This document shows positions 59,896-64,000 of a DNA stretch of 64,000 nucleotides, piece by piece. Numbering within the stretch: the stretch's first letter is position 1; every line of letters starts with the position of its first letter. The stretch comes from Eledone cirrhosa (taxonomy: Eukaryota). The translations under genes and the position numbers were made by a program. The stretch is taken from the NCBI GenBank assembly GCA_964016885.1, contig OZ024741.1, forward strand, positions 66,030,001 to 66,094,000, in the 5' to 3' direction. The notes under the pieces are model-generated. The model worked only from the letters and a program-made list of their open reading frames with translations. It was not told where the DNA came from and ran no database searches.

Positions 59896-60861
59896 TTGTG
59901 TTAGCAATACAAGGGGGAGAAGGATCCCTCAAATCACAAACTAAGGTATATATATATTTATATATATATTTATATCTGTGTGTGTATATATATATATATA
60001 TATAAAACAAGTGATAAAAAAACAAAACTACTAAAAAAAAGAATCCCCAGAGCAATAAATATAAAAATACAATAAAAAAGGATATAATTAGGAATTGATA
60101 AAAACTTTCAGTTGTAATGAGGTGTGTGTGGATGGTGTAATTATTATAAACATTACTGTTAACAATATTACTATTATTATTATTATTATTAATGTAATTT
60201 TTTCTTGTTTTCTAATAATTTACTTACGGGTAAATCTTTGAATGCTGTAGTAACTCGTCTGTTAATAAAGAACATGTGGGTCCCACAGTTGTTAATCCCA
60301 CGAATTGACCGTACAACTCTTAATCCAAAAGGCATAATCCAACTGAAAAGTGTAGGTGGGTTAGGGGTGGGTGGGTGGGTCTAAAAATAAGGACTGGGAA
60401 GTGGGGCTTTGTTTGAAGATATTCCAGTAAGAACTTTGGACCAAATAGTATACATGTTAACTCTCTACTGCATGAAACCACATTAGTAAGACATTCTTGA
60501 AAAGTATAAAACAGCACTGAGACTGAATTACATGAAAAAGTGAAGTCGTTACTTTAGTAGTTTCCAGCAAATTTTCACAGTGATCTGTCCACTAGTAAAG
60601 ACACTATGAGTATTTGAATTAACAAACCAATTTTTAGATAAATTTTCTACTAAATCATTGTAGGAGGTTAAGAGTTAATTCGAAGTCCTGCTGACCATTT
60701 TGCTTTATAATCGTATTTACTGCCATTATTGATGCCGCTAATGTTTCTTACTTCAAAATTCTTTGAGTTTATTGTTTTTCTTGGAACTCCTGATACAGTC
60801 TATGTTTGGTTCTGTGTGTGTGTGTGTGTGTATATGTATGTATGTATATATGTATGTATAT

Positions 60862-61000
60862 AGTGGTAAAAACAATGAGGTTATATCCAAAGTTGACAAA
60901 GCACTCAGTCCAAAGGACAAGTTCAATATAGGGTTAATTCCACAACAAATTAGCAAACCATAGTTGAGAATACGTGTTTCACCTGAAGGATTCTTCAAAT
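60862..61000 (-). mobile_element. Probable Penelope-like pLTR remnant with a degenerate hammerhead motif, between microsatellites
   Basis: Minus: TTGAAGA-ATCCTTCAGGT-GAAA-CACG-TA then ~105 nt ending in TA/CATA repeats. Confidence 0.4.
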
Positions 61001-61507
61001 ATATATATATATATATATTAAGTAAGCAAGGTGAAACTTCGAAGTCACTTCTACTTTTTGACTTAGAAAATAATATAAAATTTATACTCTGAACACTAGT
61101 ATTAAGTGTTCAATCAGTTGATGTCTGAATGTTTTAAATACTATGGTATTTTAAACACATTATAAATTATATATATATATATGTGTATATATATGTAGAC
61201 ACACACATACCAATGTCAATGTACTGAACTTTATTTTGCTATTGTTTTTTGTTTTGTTTTACTTTGATTTGTCTTTTGTTTGTTTGTATTTTAAATTGTA
61301 ATTTTATTTTGAGTTAAAAGAAACTTCAACAGGAATAACAACAACAGCAATAATAATTATAAAATTCAGGCAGATAAAATCTGTGTGTGCGTGTGCGTAT
61401 GTGTGAGGGTGCATGTATGAAAGGGTGCATGTATGAAAGTGTGTGTGTATGAGGGTGTGCGTGTATGTGAGTGTGTATATATATATATGTATGTGTATGT
61501 ATATGTA

Positions 61508-61564
<57 letters not shown>

Positions 61565-62032
61565 GGGGGGGGGGGGGTAAGTAAATTTAGCACAATTTTC
61601 TTCCTCTAATTTTCTTTTCTATAATTCAATAATACATCTTACATATTTTCTTTATGAATATGTATGGGTGTGTGTGTGTGTGTTGTGTGTGTGTGCGCGG
61701 TTAAGAGACTCACTGTTACCAAAAATGAAGGATTATATTTAATGGTCAAAGTTTCAGTTTTCCTTTAGTAACCTTTCCTGTCACCCATTACATACATTAC
61801 TTAGATTCTAGATGGGTGTATATATATATATACAGAGAGAGAGGAGGGGGATGAGGGAGACACACAGATGTACTTACATGTATATTCAAGAACAAGTTAT
61901 TTTCATTTTACACTCATTCCACTTAAAGAACCACTTCTAAACGCACACAGATATCACACAATGATACTATTATCATTGACAGTGATGATGATGAATGATG
62001 AAACTAAAATAGTCAGTTGATTTTCTCTTTAC

Positions 62033-62083
<51 letters not shown>

Positions 62084-62218
62084 GTATGTATGTATATATA
62101 AGTATGTATATATATATATATATAATGTATGTGTGTGTGTACTGAGTGTGTGTGTATTGAGTGTGTGTGTATATATGTGTGTGTGGGTGTCTACTAGTGT
62201 GTATTGAGTGCGTGTGTG

Positions 62219-62295
<77 letters not shown>

Positions 62296-63342
62296 GTAGG
62301 TGTCTATATGTGTGTGTGTGTGTGTGCAGGTAGGTGTCTATATGTGTGTGCTGTGTGAGAGAGAGTTAAAGAGAGAGCAGTTATAGTTTTAAAAGAGTGC
62401 AAAAATGGATTTATAGGTTGGTGCTAGTGTGGAACAAGTTTGATGGGGTCAGCAGACACTGATAAAAGAGACAATCAATTTTTAGAAAATATGGGGGAGG
62501 TGAGGAAATAATGTAGAAATATATATAGAGAGAGGGGGAGTCTTTTTAATATCTAGAATAGCAACAAGTAAAAAATTGACAAAATAATTTTAAAAACCAA
62601 AAACCAGAGAATTTATCACATCAGTCATAAGAAGAGTAAAAAGATTAATAAATGAGAAGGAATTAATGTAGCAGTGTCCAGGTCATAAATGTACAATAAT
62701 AGTTATTGATGCTTAAATAATTGTACACTACTAAAACAAATAGTGCAACAGAAGTGAATGTAACAATGCATGTTTCTTTTCTAGTGTCAATATGACTCTA
62801 CCATAATACAATTATATCAATATAAATCTTTTGAGACCAAACTGCCTAAAATCACCCCTGATTCTCCAATATATAAACTGTTTCTTTTAAAGTGTTTATA
62901 TTTATCTAAAAACCTTCCAGCATAATTTTATGTATTATAAAAGCATTTGTTAAGTTATGTTCCAAACACCAGCATAATAATGACAAAGTTATATTACTAA
63001 ATCCCTCCAAATTCTTGAATATATTCAAAATAATTTGGAAATTATAAGGGGTGTTTTTCATTAGAAATATAACAAAAGAATTAATTGGGTTTTATTTTAA
63101 AATTTAGAAAATATGAAATTATCAAAGAATAATGTAAAAACATATTTTATTCTATCTTTAATTAAATAAATTCTAATATAAAATTTGAAGATTTCTTTAT
63201 TAGTAATACACTGGTTTCAAATGTAACAGAACCTAGTTTTATATATATGAGGGAAACTGACTATAGTTTAACACCAAATTACTTAAACTGACCCACATAT
63301 GCATCGAGTGCTCAAGTTAGTGAACCAACAGTAACATAAAGC

Positions 63343-63373
<31 letters not shown>

Positions 63374-64000
63374 TGGGGTGGGGGTTAATACATATAATAT
63401 ATGTTATCCACAATTCTCTATCTCAGACAATTCAAAAGAATATGTATAAGATAAACTTCTTTTACAAAATATAAATTGATTTCAATTTATCATATATATA
63501 TAAATATATATAAAAGACTGCAGAGAAAATTTTCAAGAATCATATAAAAAAATAATAAATTACAATAAAAAGATTTAAACAACTTCTGTCAACATTAAAA
63601 GACAGTCAGATGTTATGGGGTGTTACAGTATGGATAGAAATGTGTGGTTGTGTGATTACATTGAAACCAATTTGATCAAAGGCAAATAAGAATAACATTA
63701 TTTAACATACAGTAACAGTAGCTCTTATATAGCAATATATTATGTATGTAAGGGGAGAAGAAAACCAGTCTATAATGTAGGAGAGGAGAAAAAATGCATG
63801 GATCAAACAGAACAATTTGTGGTGAGTATATCTCAAGATAATGGATGGAAAAAACAATCAACTCAGATATCTAAACTTATTTTAAGTGTTGCACTTAGAA
63901 AGAACAGGATGAGTGAAATTTATATAAAATAATAAACTTACATCCTTTTACTATTTTCAGCCTATATATATATATACAACAGAAATTGTTTTGAACCACA

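Noticed and set aside
60752-60811. 60-nt minus-strand exon (CAG|...|GTAAGA)
   Set aside because: Acceptor is preceded by (AC)n rather than a polypyrimidine tract; not supportable without transcripts.

Overview
AT-rich, microsatellite-dense eukaryotic DNA made mostly of transposable elements. The repeat inventory suggests a coleoid cephalopod, probably Octopus (inference). It contains two young 5'-truncated RTE/BovB-type LINEs, one nested in a DD37D/maT-like Tc1-mariner element. It also has a head-to-head pair of CR1-group LINE 3' ends, relics of Expander/RTE, R4/Dong-like and CRE-like LINEs, an internally deleted Helitron, several MITE families (piggyBac, hAT, Tigger, mariner, Harbinger), two tRNA-derived SINE families and minisatellites grown from LINE 3' tails. 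No host gene can be called confidently; a few minus-strand exon candidates are flagged. The most interesting signal is a set of short non-coding elements with the layout (TA)n-[inverted arm]-[direct arm + tail]-(TA)n. Several carry type I hammerhead-ribozyme motifs, including a U3:A8 core variant present on both arms of a ~295-bp palindrome and a hammerhead with a long, branched stem II. They look like Penelope-like pseudo-LTR ends or retrozyme-type non-autonomous elements. Most short ORFs in the track are microsatellite or antisense artefacts.
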